Origin: an uncultured Armatimonadetes bacterium
Lineage (GTDB): Bacteria; Armatimonadota; Hebobacteria; Hebobacterales; Hebobacteraceae
Reading direction: 5' to 3'
Length of the DNA: 64,000 nucleotides
Assembly (NCBI GenBank): GCA_963716175.1
Contig: OY970296.1
Span: forward strand, 3,296,001 to 3,360,000
Shown here: positions 9,178-20,642 of the stretch, piece after piece
Numbering within the stretch: the first letter of the stretch is position 1
Layout: each line of letters begins with the position of its first letter
Translations under genes and position numbers: made by a program
Notes under the pieces: model-generated
Seen by the model: the letters and a program-made list of their open reading frames with translations, nothing else
Database searches by the model: none
Told to the model about the DNA's origin: nothing

Positions 9178-10877
9178 GCCCCCTGTACCTCTTTCGCTGC
9201 CACCCCAAACAGCGAGAGATTGCCGGCCCTCCGCGACTCCACCGTCATGTTCATGAACAGGCGAGTCACCGTCACCGCCGTGAACAGGCTCACCCCCACG
9301 CCGATCACCAGCGCCACCGCGAACCCTTTGATGGGCCCAGTGCCGAAGTAGAAGAGCACGATGCCGGTGCCGATGCTGCACACGTTCGAGTCCAGAATCG
9401 CGGTCCAGGCCCGCTTGAATGCCGCCTCCACCGCGGACCGCAGCGTCTTGCCGGTGCGGATCTCCTCCTTCAGCCGCTCGAAGATGATGACATTGGCGTC
9501 CACCGCCATACCGATGGAGATGATCACCGCCAGAATCCCCGGCAGCGTCAGCACCTGGTTCACCAGCTTGATCGCCCCCATCAGCAGGATGCAGTACATG
9601 ATCAGTGCCATGTCGGCCAGCAGGCCGGGCAGCCGATAGTAGGCCACCATGAAGATCAGCACCAGCGCCATCCCCACCAGCCCCGCCATCAGGCTCTTGT
9701 GGAGAGCATCCTCTCCCAGCTCCGGGCTGATGGTGCGGTTTTCCACATACTCCAGGTCGAAAGGCAGCGCGCCCGCGTTCAGCAGGATGCTCAGATCCCG
9801 TGCCTCCTCCAGGCCCCCGGGCCGGTCGAACCCGCCCTCGATCACACCTTCGCCAGGGATCGTGGACTTGATGATCGGGCAAGAGATCATCTGCCCGTCC
9901 AGCACCACCGCCAGGTAGGCGCGGACATTGGCCCGGGTGAAGTTCTCGAAATCCTTGGCCGCCTGGCCCTTGAGCGCGAAGGTGACTGCAGTCGGGCGCC
10001 CGGGTACTGACACCACCCGGGAGGCGCTGGGCTTGAGATCACGCCCGGAGGCGATCACCGGAGATTGGTCAATCACCTGTGGGGTCGGCACCTCCTTGCT
10101 GGTAGGATCGGTGAAGGTGTACACCGGCCGCCCCTCCACCTTGCTCTCCACGGGCGCTTTCTCTCCATAGGCGTACCTGCGCGGGATGCCCCGGAACTGG
10201 AGGATGGCGGTCTTCCTGATCATCTTTTTCGCCTTCTCCGGATCTCTGATGCCGGGCAACTCCACGATGATCCGGTCGGGAGGCTCGCGCTGGATCAGCG
10301 GTTCCGCCACCCCGAAGGCGTTGATGCGGTTGTCCAGGATGCGCTCGATGCTGGCCAGATCGTTGCCGCTGATCGCCTGCATCCCCACCGCCTTCTCCTC
10401 GATCTTGGGGAAGTGGGCCTTCAGCAGGTCGAAGATGATCTGGGCCTGCCGCCGCATGTCCGCGCTGTCCCTGACCCGGGTGCGCACGGTGATGCGGGAG
10501 CTGGTGCGCTCCAGGTCCACCTCCCGCTTATCGGTGCCGATCTTGTCCATGGGCAGGAGGCTGACGATCAGCTCCCACACCTCCCCCTGCTTCTCCTCGG
10601 TGCGGGGGTCGTTCAGCTCGGGCGCGGAGAACTCGTAGATCCCCTCCCGCTGGGCCTGCAGCACCAGGTGGATGCCCCCCCTCAGGTCCAACCCCAGGGT
10701 GAGGCCGATGTGAGGCCGATAGAAGCGGAAGGGCCCCACCTGCTTCAGGGGCGCCACCGGCCTGCCAGTGTCCGGGTTACGGCGATCTCGCAGCTTGATC
10801 GGTTCCAACACGCCCAGCAAGGCGGCTATCACTAGCACCGTGACCCCGATGAGCCACCAGCGCGTGCGAGCCTGCAT
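9174..10877 (-). CDS. secD: Protein translocase subunit SecD
   Basis: LGLDLRGG, RINAFGVAEP, LNAGALP, GMAVDANVIIFER, GPIKGFA. Confidence 0.96.
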   Translation of the reverse strand: MQARTRWWLIGVTVLVIAALLGVLEPIKLRDRRNPDTGRPVAPLKQVGPFRFYRPHIGLTLGLDLRGGIHLVLQAQREGIYEFSAPELNDPRTEEKQGEVWELIVSLLPMDKIGTDKREVDLERTSSRITVRTRVRDSADMRRQAQIIFDLLKAHFPKIEEKAVGMQAISGNDLASIERILDNRINAFGVAEPLIQREPPDRIIVELPGIRDPEKAKKMIRKTAILQFRGIPRRYAYGEKAPVESKVEGRPVYTFTDPTSKEVPTPQVIDQSPVIASGRDLKPSASRVVSVPGRPTAVTFALKGQAAKDFENFTRANVRAYLAVVLDGQMISCPIIKSTIPGEGVIEGGFDRPGGLEEARDLSILLNAGALPFDLEYVENRTISPELGEDALHKSLMAGLVGMALVLIFMVAYYRLPGLLADMALIMYCILLMGAIKLVNQVLTLPGILAVIISIGMAVDANVIIFERLKEEIRTGKTLRSAVEAAFKRAWTAILDSNVCSIGTGIVLFYFGTGPIKGFAVALVIGVGVSLFTAVTVTRLFMNMTVESRRAGNLSLFGVAAKEVQGA

Positions 10878-11104
10878 TCACTGTGCCTTTCGCAGTGCGC
10901 GCCGCCGTAGGCCCGGGTGGGCCCGCCACCCTCAGGCGCGCGAAAAAGTTCCCGAAGTGGCCGGGCCCGCCTGTGGCTGGCCGCCATCCCGCTGGCTAGG
11001 CCCGCAGGGTCGCCATGGCGGTCGCCTGCCGGCGACCTAGCCGCCCTCCGGGCGCAGGGACCTCCGACCACACCCAGTGGCACCGAGCCGCTTCGGTTGA
11101 GGTC

Positions 11105-11133
11105 ATTATAGTGCCAGGCACCGGCTGTGTCAA
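11105..11133 (-). promoter_or_regulatory. Sigma70-type promoter of the secDF operon
   Basis: Perfect TTGACA-N17-TATAAT on the minus strand, about 230 nt upstream of secD. Confidence 0.85.
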
Positions 11134-11419
11134 CGCGACCCGCCATGCGGGTGTGACCCCAGATTTCTGGTCAGTGGTAATCGCGGTGCACGTCGCCGGG
11201 AGGAACGGGCTCCCACCGGCATGCGCACCCTCTTGGTGGGAGCCTCGTCCTCGAGGCGATCAGAACGACCAGGCAAACTCAGCCACACCCAGCCATCCCC
11301 GGTGTGACCGCTGAGGGCGGCCGGCGGCTGCATCGCGGCAGGCCGCCGTAGTCTTGCGGGGACGGCCAGGCCCCGACTTTGGCAGGGATGGGTCGGCCTG
11401 CGGTGAAGATGATAGCTAG

Positions 11420-12751
<1,332 letters not shown>

Positions 12752-12810
12752 GTACGAGTTCACTCTCGCCGAGAGTGAAGTGTTACTCGGGTAGGTGCAG
12801 GTTGGGGAGC

Positions 12811-13962
12811 ATGTACCAGGGCCGCGGCCCGTACGGCAGCCGGGCGAGGGGGGCCAGGCGGGGCGTCTGGCTGCTCCTGGCCGGCCTACTGATGGCGATG
12901 CTCTCACTGCCAGCCGGGGTCTCCGGCGCCAGCACCCGGGGTTGGGCCGCGGTGACGGGGTCTGTGGGCTGGTGGGACACCGACGTGCGCGGTCCCTTCA
13001 GGTCCTGCCGTATGATCCTGGCCTACAACAGTGGCGGCATGCCGCTGTGGACAGCCGATCGGTTCCGCTATTACGTTACTCATGTCGCCCCCAATGGCGC
13101 TCCCGACGGCTGGCTCTTCGACACGGTCCTGATGCTGGCGCTGGCCGCGGACTCCCAGCGCGGCTTCGAGCCAGGCTACGGCAATGGACCTTCCCGGGGC
13201 GAGGACTGGCGCTGGTATCTCGACCAGCGCCTCTTCGGCGGCAGCTCAGAGCTGGCCGAGTTGGAGCGGGCGGTGGCAGTCGCCGGCAAGGAGCTCGGCG
13301 ATCCGCGCCATGTGGTGCGGGTGGTGATTGCGGTGCCCTATCCCGATCCCAGGGCCACCGATTTCGGCGCCCTCGACGACGTGCCCCTCGATTTCAGCCG
13401 CACCGAGGATCGGGCAGCCGCAGTGAGATGGTATCTGCGAGGGGTGGCCCGACGCTGGACCGCAGGCCACTTCGAGCATCTGCGCTTGGGCGGGTTCTAC
13501 TGGCTGCGGGAGGAAGTGCCCGACAGCGACCGCGCCTTGCTCAAGCAGGTGTCCCGGCTGGTGGCCGGCCAGCTCGTGCCTTTCTACTGGATCCCGTACT
13601 ATGGCGGCAGCGGTTGGGACCAATGGCGGGAGCTGGGCTTCGACGTCGCCATCCAGCAGCCTAACTACTTCTTCTACCAGGTGCCTCCCGAGCGCCTGAA
13701 GGAGGCAGCCCACTTCGCCTGGGACCACCGCATGGGGGTGGAGATGGAGCTGGACCGCAGGGTGATGGAATCGGAGGAGCGGCGCAGCCGCTACCTCAGC
13801 TATCTCCGGGCTGGCGTGGACCAGGGATACCAGGAGGCCGGCACCCTCGCCTGGTACGACGACAGCGCCCTGCTGGAATGCGCCCGCTCCCAGGACCCGG
13901 CCGCCCGCCATCTCTATGACGCGACCTACGATTTCATCCGTGGCGTGTACCCCGGAGGCTAG
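12811..13962 (+). CDS. Exported DUF4855-family protein (putative glycoside hydrolase-like)
   Basis: Signal/TM segment; WLFD, GFYW, WIPY, QQPNYFF, GVEME motifs that I recognise from DUF4855. Confidence 0.7.
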   Translation: MYQGRGPYGSRARGARRGVWLLLAGLLMAMLSLPAGVSGASTRGWAAVTGSVGWWDTDVRGPFRSCRMILAYNSGGMPLWTADRFRYYVTHVAPNGAPDGWLFDTVLMLALAADSQRGFEPGYGNGPSRGEDWRWYLDQRLFGGSSELAELERAVAVAGKELGDPRHVVRVVIAVPYPDPRATDFGALDDVPLDFSRTEDRAAAVRWYLRGVARRWTAGHFEHLRLGGFYWLREEVPDSDRALLKQVSRLVAGQLVPFYWIPYYGGSGWDQWRELGFDVAIQQPNYFFYQVPPERLKEAAHFAWDHRMGVEMELDRRVMESEERRSRYLSYLRAGVDQGYQEAGTLAWYDDSALLECARSQDPAARHLYDATYDFIRGVYPGG

Positions 13963-14090
13963 AGCGCATTTCATAACCTACTTGCTGGCTGGCCGCACCA
14001 TGCCCTCGCATGAAATGCGCCTGCCACTGCCTGACGTTGTGCAGTGCTGTTTCATAACCTCCCCTGGGGAGGTTATGAAACAGCTTCTAG
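13959..14090 (+). mobile_element. Twin-palindrome element family A, copy 1 (132 bp, MITE-like)
   Basis: CTAG-AGCGCATTTCATAACCT...AGGTTATGAAACAGCTT-CTAG; near-identical copies at 17560, 36171 and 60831. Confidence 0.8.
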
Positions 14091-14248
14091 CGCTCCCAGC
14101 CCTGCCGCATTGCTCCCGGACCCGCCGGGGCCGCACCGCGAAAACCAGCTCCTGGCCGAGAGGGGGGCGCGGGATCGCGGCGAAGTCGCGTCCCGTTGAG
14201 TGATCGCGGTGATCCGTCCAATCTAACTCGGGAAGGGGGGTGTGCAAG

Positions 14249-14485
14249 GTGCAGATCACCTGCCCGAAGTGCAAGCAAGTGCAGGAGGCCGACAGCCGAA
14301 CCGCCACCTGTCCCAACTGCCGCACCGTGCTTCGGCGGTGCCTGGACTGCAGCAAGTACGACGTGCGCCTGTCCTTCTGCAAAGCCCTCAACAAGCCGGT
14401 CACCTCCGGCGAATCCCACTACCCTACCTACTCCTCGGCCAGCACCTACTGCCGCGAGTATCTGCCATCGGCGCCAGCCACCTGA
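14249..14485 (+). CDS. Small 8-Cys putative metal-binding protein (paralogue of 2689..2922)
   Basis: GGAAGGGGGG RBS then GTG; CPKC..CPNC..LRRCLDCSKYD..C..C. Confidence 0.75.
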   Translation: MQITCPKCKQVQEADSRTATCPNCRTVLRRCLDCSKYDVRLSFCKALNKPVTSGESHYPTYSSASTYCREYLPSAPAT

Positions 14486-14621
14486 TACCCATCTCCGGCC
14501 CCCGTTTGACCCGCGTGCGGCGGGGTATCATGAAAACGAGGCGTTACCACCGAGAGACGCAGGAATCGCGGCGAACGCTCTTGTTGGGTCATGTAGCAGG
14601 TCGTCTCTCGGAGGCCGGGAG

Positions 14622-15197
14622 ATGGCAGTAAAGGCGTTGCGCTGGAAAGAGGCCCGCCAGGCGCTGCAGGCCAGCGGCCTCGGAGTGGGCAGTTTGCTGG
14701 GGCTGCTCTGGCCCTTCGGCCGAGATCAGCGGGCGCGGGCCTTGCTGCGCGAGCGGCAGGCCGTGCTGGAAGCGAAGAACGCGGTAGTGGACTACCTGTT
14801 CCGGGCCCAGCGGGTGCTGGCCCCGTTCCGCCTGACCACCATGGAGCAGTTGCAGAAGGCGCTCCAGAACCCCGACAAGCGACAGCTCATCGCCTCCGTC
14901 GGCATCAACCGGGGGATGATGGAAGAGGCCCTCCATTCCCGCTACCATGCGGACGCGGGCAAGCCGCTGGACCGGGCCTTGGCCGAACTTCTGGCCGCAG
15001 GAGTGGTGCTGAAAGTGGCGCCGCTGTCCGGCCTTTCCCAGGAGATCTACGTGGCCGCGCAGGGGCGGCCCCGACCCGCCTTCGACCTCTCCGCTCTGAC
15101 CCGGCTACTGCAGGAAGGGCGAGACTACGGCAGTCAGCTCCGGGAGCGATACCGGCGGCAAGAGGCCACCGACAGAGGGCGCACCCATCGCATCTGA
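14622..15197 (+). CDS. Hypothetical protein
   Basis: ATG 14622 after GGAGG/GGGAG; protein-like composition; no recognised motif. Confidence 0.6.
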   Translation: MAVKALRWKEARQALQASGLGVGSLLGLLWPFGRDQRARALLRERQAVLEAKNAVVDYLFRAQRVLAPFRLTTMEQLQKALQNPDKRQLIASVGINRGMMEEALHSRYHADAGKPLDRALAELLAAGVVLKVAPLSGLSQEIYVAAQGRPRPAFDLSALTRLLQEGRDYGSQLRERYRRQEATDRGRTHRI

Positions 15198-15208
15198 GGC
15201 GCGCCGCG

Positions 15209-15628
15209 CTAGCGAGCCGTCGCAGGCCGCTTCGACTTCGGGGAGCCCTGCACGGCGCGCGTGCGCATGCCCGCCGCCCTGGTTGGCGAGGCCGGTTCCC
15301 GGTTGGCGCGTGGGATGAACACCAGCCGGCGCTCACCGTCTCGCACATAGCCCTCTCGCCGAGCTGCTCCCTCCAGGCCGGCCTCCGAGGCGAGGTGCCG
15401 CTTGTAGCTCTGCAGGCGCTCCTGCTCTGCCGCCAGAGTGGCCTTCTCCAGCCCCAATCGAGTGAGCTCTTCCTGCTTCCGCCGGGCCGCGGCCAGCGGG
15501 CCATAGAGCTTCACCAGCCCCACCAGCAGCACCAGCCCGACCAGGGCCACAAGCAGCCGCCGACCTACTCGCGGCCCTCGCCGCGATTTGCGCTGGGTGA
15601 AGCTAGACCGCCGACCACCCAAGCCCAT
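15209..15628 (-). CDS. FtsB/DivIC-like septum formation initiator
   Basis: Single TM helix, coiled coil, then EGAARREGYVRDGE motif; GGAGGAG RBS. Confidence 0.72.
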   Translation of the reverse strand: MGLGGRRSSFTQRKSRRGPRVGRRLLVALVGLVLLVGLVKLYGPLAAARRKQEELTRLGLEKATLAAEQERLQSYKRHLASEAGLEGAARREGYVRDGERRLVFIPRANREPASPTRAAGMRTRAVQGSPKSKRPATAR

Positions 15629-15790
15629 CGCCTCTCCTCCGATGTCATTCCGAGCGCAGCGAGGGATCCTGGCCCCGCCGTGCACGCCGGGCAGGGGCGG
15701 AAGCGGCTAGGTCCCATGGGCCGCCACCCCGGCCCGAAACGGGCCTGGAGGCTCCTGCCACCCTCAGCTCCGCCGCCACCGCAGCCCATG

Positions 15791-17242
15791 TCACAGCTTC
15801 GCGTGTCGGCCCACCACCTCTACCTTCAGCAGGTTGGTGTTGCCCGGCCCGGGCGGCACGCCGGCCGTCACTACCACCCGCTCGCCGGCCCGCACCAGGC
15901 CGGCCTGGCGCGCCCGCGCCACCGCGTTCACTATCAGCTCGTCGCTGTTGCGGCCCCGCGGCGCCAGCAGGGGGTGCACGCCCCAGACCAGGGTCAGCCG
16001 CCTGAGTGTTGCCACATCCGCGGTCACGGCTATTATCGGCGTCTCGGGCCGGTGCCGCGAGACCATGAGCGCAGTGTAGCCCGAGCTGGTTGCGGTGATG
16101 ATGGCGCGCGCGTTCACATCGCCCGCCAGGCTGCAGGCCGCCTCGCTGATGCCGCTCGCGATGCTCTCGCACGGCCAGGCGCGCGACTCGGTCAGCCGCT
16201 CCTGGAAGTCGGAGGCGGCCTCGGCGCGAGCGATGACATCGGACATCACCCGCACTGCTTCCGTTGGGTACTGGCCGGCAGCCGTCTCACCCGACAGCAT
16301 CACCCCGTCGCTGCCATCGAACACCGCGTTAGCGACATCGCTCACCTCCGCCCGCGTCGGTCGCGGGCTGCTGACCATGGACTCGAGCATCTGGGTGGCG
16401 GTGACCACGGGTCTGCCCACTCGCCGGCAGCGGGCGATGATCGCCTTCTGCAGCACTGGCACCTGGGCCAGCGGCAGCTCGATCCCCAGGTCTCCCCGCG
16501 CCACCATGATCCCATCCGCCGCCTCCACGATTTCGTCGAGGCGATCCACCGCCTCGTGTTTCTCTATCTTCGCCATCAGCCTTGGCGCCGGGCTCGCCCC
16601 CTTCAGCGCGCGGCGCAGCGGAGAGAGGTCGCTAGCCCTGCGTACGAAGGACATCGCCACCCAATCCACGCCGCGCGCGAGGCCGAACTTCAGGTCGGCG
16701 AGATCCTTGGCGGTCACTGTCCTGATGGGCAGCGCGGCGTCGGGTGCGTTGAGTCCCTGGTGGGACTTGAGCACACCTCCCGTCTGCACCCGGCACCGGA
16801 TCTCCGACCTGCTCGCCGACAGCACGCGCAGCTCGATGCTCCCGTCGGCCAACAGCAAGCGCTGGCCCGGCGCCACTGCCTTCGCCAGCTCGGGCACTGG
16901 CAGCGGCAGCCGGGAGGGAGAGGAAGAGGCGCTCTCGGTGACGCTCAGCACCAGTGGGGCGCCGGCCCGCAGTTCCACCATACCACCGGGCAGCTCGCCT
17001 ACGCGCAGCTTCGGCCCCGAGAGGTCCTGCAAGATGCCGATGGGACGGCCCACTTCCTCGGCCACCGAGCGCAGCAGAGCGATGGTTCGAGCATGGGTCT
17101 CGTGCGTGCCATAGGAGAAGTTCAGCCGCGCTACATCCATCCCCGCCCGCGCCAGCCGCCGGATCGCCGCGCCGGAGCTGGTCGCCGGCCCGATCGTACA
17201 TACGATCTTGGTGCGTCTTGGCAGCTCTCGCTTTGGTGGCAT
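15791..17242 (-). CDS. pyk: Pyruvate kinase
   Basis: RTKIVCTIGPAT, ARLNFS, AKIEK, MVARGDLG, ATQMLESM, MLSGETA. Confidence 0.97.
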   Translation of the reverse strand: MPPKRELPRRTKIVCTIGPATSSGAAIRRLARAGMDVARLNFSYGTHETHARTIALLRSVAEEVGRPIGILQDLSGPKLRVGELPGGMVELRAGAPLVLSVTESASSSPSRLPLPVPELAKAVAPGQRLLLADGSIELRVLSASRSEIRCRVQTGGVLKSHQGLNAPDAALPIRTVTAKDLADLKFGLARGVDWVAMSFVRRASDLSPLRRALKGASPAPRLMAKIEKHEAVDRLDEIVEAADGIMVARGDLGIELPLAQVPVLQKAIIARCRRVGRPVVTATQMLESMVSSPRPTRAEVSDVANAVFDGSDGVMLSGETAAGQYPTEAVRVMSDVIARAEAASDFQERLTESRAWPCESIASGISEAACSLAGDVNARAIITATSSGYTALMVSRHRPETPIIAVTADVATLRRLTLVWGVHPLLAPRGRNSDELIVNAVARARQAGLVRAGERVVVTAGVPPGPGNTNLLKVEVVGRHAKL

Positions 17243-17438
17243 CGCTTGCCCAGTGGTCGGTGCTTGGGACAGGTCGCGGACCTATCCTCTCGGGGGATTT
17301 ACCACATGGGGCAGATCGCGGCCAATCGCGCCTCTTCCCGCGCCCGGTGGCGACAAGAAGGGCGACGGTGGGGGAGGTGGACAGCGGCAGGCGGGGAAGC
17401 TCGTGCTTCGTAGCAAAGGACACTGCTCTGCTGAAGCT

Positions 17439-17563
17439 ATAGGGTTTCTTGCATTATGGTGACGCCAACCATAATGCAGGAAACGCTTCAGCGGAGAGCC
17501 TGACGCCTGCAAAGGCGATTCTCTTGCGTTACGGCTGTAATCGTAACGCAAGAGAATCTGTAG
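17439..17563. repeat. Twin-palindrome element family C (single copy), docked on A copy 2
   Basis: 17-bp-arm hairpins at 17444-17484 (one mismatch) and 17517-17558 (perfect), mutually related, bounded by TAG. Confidence 0.62.
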
Positions 17564-17691
17564 AAGCTGTTTCATAACCTTCCCAGGGGAGGTTATGAAA
17601 CAGCACTGCACAACGTCAGGCCGTGGCAGGCGCATTTCATGCGAGGGCGTGGTGCGGCCAGCCAGCCGGTAGGTTATGAAATGCGCTCTAG
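17560..17691 (-). mobile_element. Twin-palindrome element family A, copy 2
   Basis: Reverse-complement match to 13959..14090, same length. Confidence 0.8.
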
Positions 17692-17757
17692 CCAGTGCGG
17701 AGCGCAGGCTTCGCAATCTGGCAGAGCAGCAAAGCCCCTGCATCCCCAGGGAGGTGG

Positions 17758-18789
17758 ATGATGAGAGCCGCCATCTTTCCGACCCCGGAAGTGTGCGAGA
17801 TCGTGGAGCGGCAAACCCCGACGCCGCCCGAGTGGTACGTGGTGGTGCGAGTGGAGGCCTGCGGGGTTTGCGGCACCGATGTGCACATCTACCGCGGTGA
17901 GTTCCCGGCTCGCTTCCCCCTCATCCCCGGGCACGAGTTCGCCGGCGTGGTGGAGGATGTGGGGCAGGGAGTGGCCAGCCTGCGCCCCGGTCACCGTGTC
18001 GTCATTGACCCCAATATCAACTGCGGCTCCTGCCGGCCCTGCCAGCGCGGACTCACCCACCTCTGCCGCAACCTGGTCGCCTTCGGTGTGACGGCCGACG
18101 GCGGCTTCGCCACCCACTGCTCGGTTCCGGCCCGCCAGTGCTACAAGCTGCCGGCCGAGATGCCCTTCGAGGTGGCCGCCATGACCGAGCCCGTCGCCTG
18201 CTGTGTCCATGGGGTCGAGCGGGCGCAGATTCGGCCCGGCGAGGCGGTGGTCGTGATTGGGGCGGGCATGATCGGGCTGGTGATGCTCCAGTTAGCCCTG
18301 ATGCGCGGGGCCGCGGCCGTGATCGTCTCCGACCACGCGGCCGAGAAGCGGGAGCTGGCGATGCAGTTCGGGGCAACCCGGACCGTGAATCCCAAGACTG
18401 AGGATCTCGCCGAGGTGGTGATGAAGGCGACGGAGGAGTCGGGCGCCGATGTGGCGATTGACTGCGTGGGCGGAGTGGAAACCTCACAGCAGGCCGTGGC
18501 GCTGGTGGGAGAAGGCGGGCGGGCGCTGCTGTTCGGGGTGGCCCCGCAGAAGGCAGAGATAACCGTCAAGCCCTACCATATCTACGCCCACGAGATCACC
18601 ATCACGGGCAGCTTCATCAATCCGTTCACTCACGGAGCTGCGCTGTCGCTGCTGGCCGCCGGGCGGATCAAGGTGGCGGAGATCATCAGCCACCGCCTGG
18701 GTCTGGACGAGCTGCCTCGCGCCTTCGAGCTACTGGAGGCGCGGCAGGCCAGCAAGATCGTCATCCTGCCCCAGCGCACCCAGGAGTGA
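17758..18789 (+). CDS. Zinc-dependent medium-chain alcohol/polyol dehydrogenase
   Basis: CGTD, GHEFAG, CxxCxxC...C structural Zn site, GAGMIG. Confidence 0.93.
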   Translation: MMRAAIFPTPEVCEIVERQTPTPPEWYVVVRVEACGVCGTDVHIYRGEFPARFPLIPGHEFAGVVEDVGQGVASLRPGHRVVIDPNINCGSCRPCQRGLTHLCRNLVAFGVTADGGFATHCSVPARQCYKLPAEMPFEVAAMTEPVACCVHGVERAQIRPGEAVVVIGAGMIGLVMLQLALMRGAAAVIVSDHAAEKRELAMQFGATRTVNPKTEDLAEVVMKATEESGADVAIDCVGGVETSQQAVALVGEGGRALLFGVAPQKAEITVKPYHIYAHEITITGSFINPFTHGAALSLLAAGRIKVAEIISHRLGLDELPRAFELLEARQASKIVILPQRTQE

Positions 18790-18861
18790 TCGCCGCCCCC
18801 CGAGCAGAATAACGCCTTGGTCTTCGCGCGCCGTGCCGTGGGCCGGCGCCCGGGAAGCGGA

Positions 18862-19398
18862 ATGGGTTCCCAAGAATTCATCGCCATGCTCGAGCGGCTG
18901 TTCAAGGCCTTCATCTTCGTGCCTTGCATGGCCTTGATCGCCTGGTGGCTGTTCAGCGCCTGGCTCGACCACACCCTGACCCTGGGCGAGGCCGCGGCCG
19001 GTATCGTGCTGCTGGCGGGCGCCTTCTTGCTCGGGGTGATCTCGATCGTCTCTGGAGGCTGGGGTTTCCTCGGCATTCTCGCGCTGATCTATGTGCTGCT
19101 GCTGGCGCTGGTGGTGTGGGAGTATGTCTACTGGCGCCGCCGCGAGCGGGAGCACTGGCGGGATCAGATCGAGAGATATCAGGAAGCCATCGCCCGCGAT
19201 CCCCTGAACGCCGCCGCCTACTCTTTCCTGGGCCACACGCACCTCGCGCTGGGAAGCATTGACGAGGCGGTGTCCGCCTTGGAGCAGGCGCTGGCGCTAG
19301 ACCCGCGCTCCGACAAGGATCGGCGCCTGCTGCGGCGCGCGCGGGAGCTTCAGGAGCGCATCCTTTCGCGACGGCGCCGCCCACCCCGCGGCGCCTAG
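18862..19398 (+). CDS. Membrane protein with C-terminal TPR
   Basis: Three hydrophobic segments followed by DPLNAAAYSFLG..ALALDP. Confidence 0.75.
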   Translation: MGSQEFIAMLERLFKAFIFVPCMALIAWWLFSAWLDHTLTLGEAAAGIVLLAGAFLLGVISIVSGGWGFLGILALIYVLLLALVVWEYVYWRRREREHWRDQIERYQEAIARDPLNAAAYSFLGHTHLALGSIDEAVSALEQALALDPRSDKDRRLLRRARELQERILSRRRRPPRGA

Positions 19399-19402
19399 CT
19401 CC

Positions 19403-20086
19403 TCACCTCGGACGCCTGGGGCAGACCGCCATGCACAGCCCGCAGATGGTGGACTCGATGCCCCGATCCGCCGCTCGTGCCAGGGCCGCGCGCCGGCAAG
19501 CATGGGCATCGTAGAACTCCTCCCGCGGGCGCCCCGCCCACCACAGCTCGCCGCTGACCGCGCCTCCGGGGCAGATATCCGTGCAGGCCGTGCAATCCCC
19601 ACACTCACTCTCAACTACGGGTGTCCCCACTGCCAGGGGCGCGTCGGTCAGCAGGCTGGTGAGCCGCAGCGCCGGCCCCAGCTCCGGGGTCACCAGCAAG
19701 GCCGACTTGCCGATCCAGCCCAGGCCGGCCCGAGTGGCCGCCATCTTGTGCGAGAAGGGCGCCGCCAGGGTCGCCGGATCTATCTCGCCCAGAGTCGCCG
19801 GATTGGCTCTCCCTCGGTACCCGGCCTCCGCGATCACGCCTGCGAGCTGGCCCGCGATCTCGTCCAGCCTGCGGTTGAAGTCGAGGTACTCCTGGTAGTA
19901 AGCTGGGCTGGGCATCGCCTCCAGGTCCGCCAAGGCCGCGGCTGAATGAGCGATTACGATCACCACCGCCCGCGGCAGCTCCGCCAGCCCGGCGAGATCG
20001 GCGAAGCCGACGAGCGACGCCCCGGCGGCGAGGGCGCAGCAGCGCAGGCAATCAGTAAGCTCCCCATCGGGTCGCGTGGGCGCCAC
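19403..20086 (-). CDS. Epoxyqueuosine reductase (QueG)-like Fe-S protein
   Basis: SHKMAATRAGLGWIGK, CxxCxxCxxxCP and CGLCMAVCP. Confidence 0.82.
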   Translation of the reverse strand: MAPTRPDGELTDCLRCCALAAGASLVGFADLAGLAELPRAVVIVIAHSAAALADLEAMPSPAYYQEYLDFNRRLDEIAGQLAGVIAEAGYRGRANPATLGEIDPATLAAPFSHKMAATRAGLGWIGKSALLVTPELGPALRLTSLLTDAPLAVGTPVVESECGDCTACTDICPGGAVSGELWWAGRPREEFYDAHACRRAALARAADRGIESTICGLCMAVCPRRPR

Positions 20087-20087
20087 T

Positions 20088-20642
20088 CTACTTCACCTGG
20101 ATCTCGTCTCGCGAGGGAGCAGCTTCCTCCGGCGGCATCAGCATTCCCGGAAGCAAAGATCGCCGCAGTGTCACATAGACTTTGATCCCCGGCTCCCGGT
20201 CCTGGGTCTCTATCCCCAGGTCGTGTTTCGCCAGCCTGACTGTTGACGCCATTTCGAGGTCAAGTTGGAACAGCCCCTTCGGGTCCATCCAGACCGCGCG
20301 AAAGACATCCACGAGCTTGTCTTTCTCCTGCTGCTGGACCCAGGCCGGCGCGCCCTTGGTCATCAGCTTCCACCCTTTGGGTTCGAGCTGCTTCTGGTAG
20401 AAGTAGAACACCGACAGCGACGGGTAATCCTCATTCAGCTTGAACCAGTACTTGCGTAAGCTCATGTTCGGCGAGGTCTGCTCCTCCGCGCCCTCCGTGC
20501 CCGGATAGTGGATCAGCTCCGGCTCGGTCGTCACACGCTGCGCCGCCCGGCCGCGCTGCCATCTGGCCAGCCCGGCCATCAGCACGATCCAGCCGACCAG
20601 CACCACGCCCAATACTATCAGCAGTTCCTTACGCAGGTTCAC
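20088..20642 (-). CDS. Hypothetical membrane-anchored protein
   Basis: N-terminal TM helix; tightly coupled to flanking genes. Confidence 0.65.
   Translation of the reverse strand: MNLRKELLIVLGVVLVGWIVLMAGLARWQRGRAAQRVTTEPELIHYPGTEGAEEQTSPNMSLRKYWFKLNEDYPSLSVFYFYQKQLEPKGWKLMTKGAPAWVQQQEKDKLVDVFRAVWMDPKGLFQLDLEMASTVRLAKHDLGIETQDREPGIKVYVTLRRSLLPGMLMPPEEAAPSRDEIQVK

Noticed and set aside
11271-11340. Possible c-di-GMP-I riboswitch (GGCAAACTCAGC...GCTGAG) upstream of eno
   Set aside because: Lacks the GNRA tetraloop and the GACGCAAAGC core; resemblance too weak without a covariance-model hit.
15642-15670. TGTCATTCCGAGCGCAGCGAGGGATC as a separate finding
   Set aside because: It resembles a common small dispersed palindromic repeat, but only one copy is visible here, so I cannot support it further.
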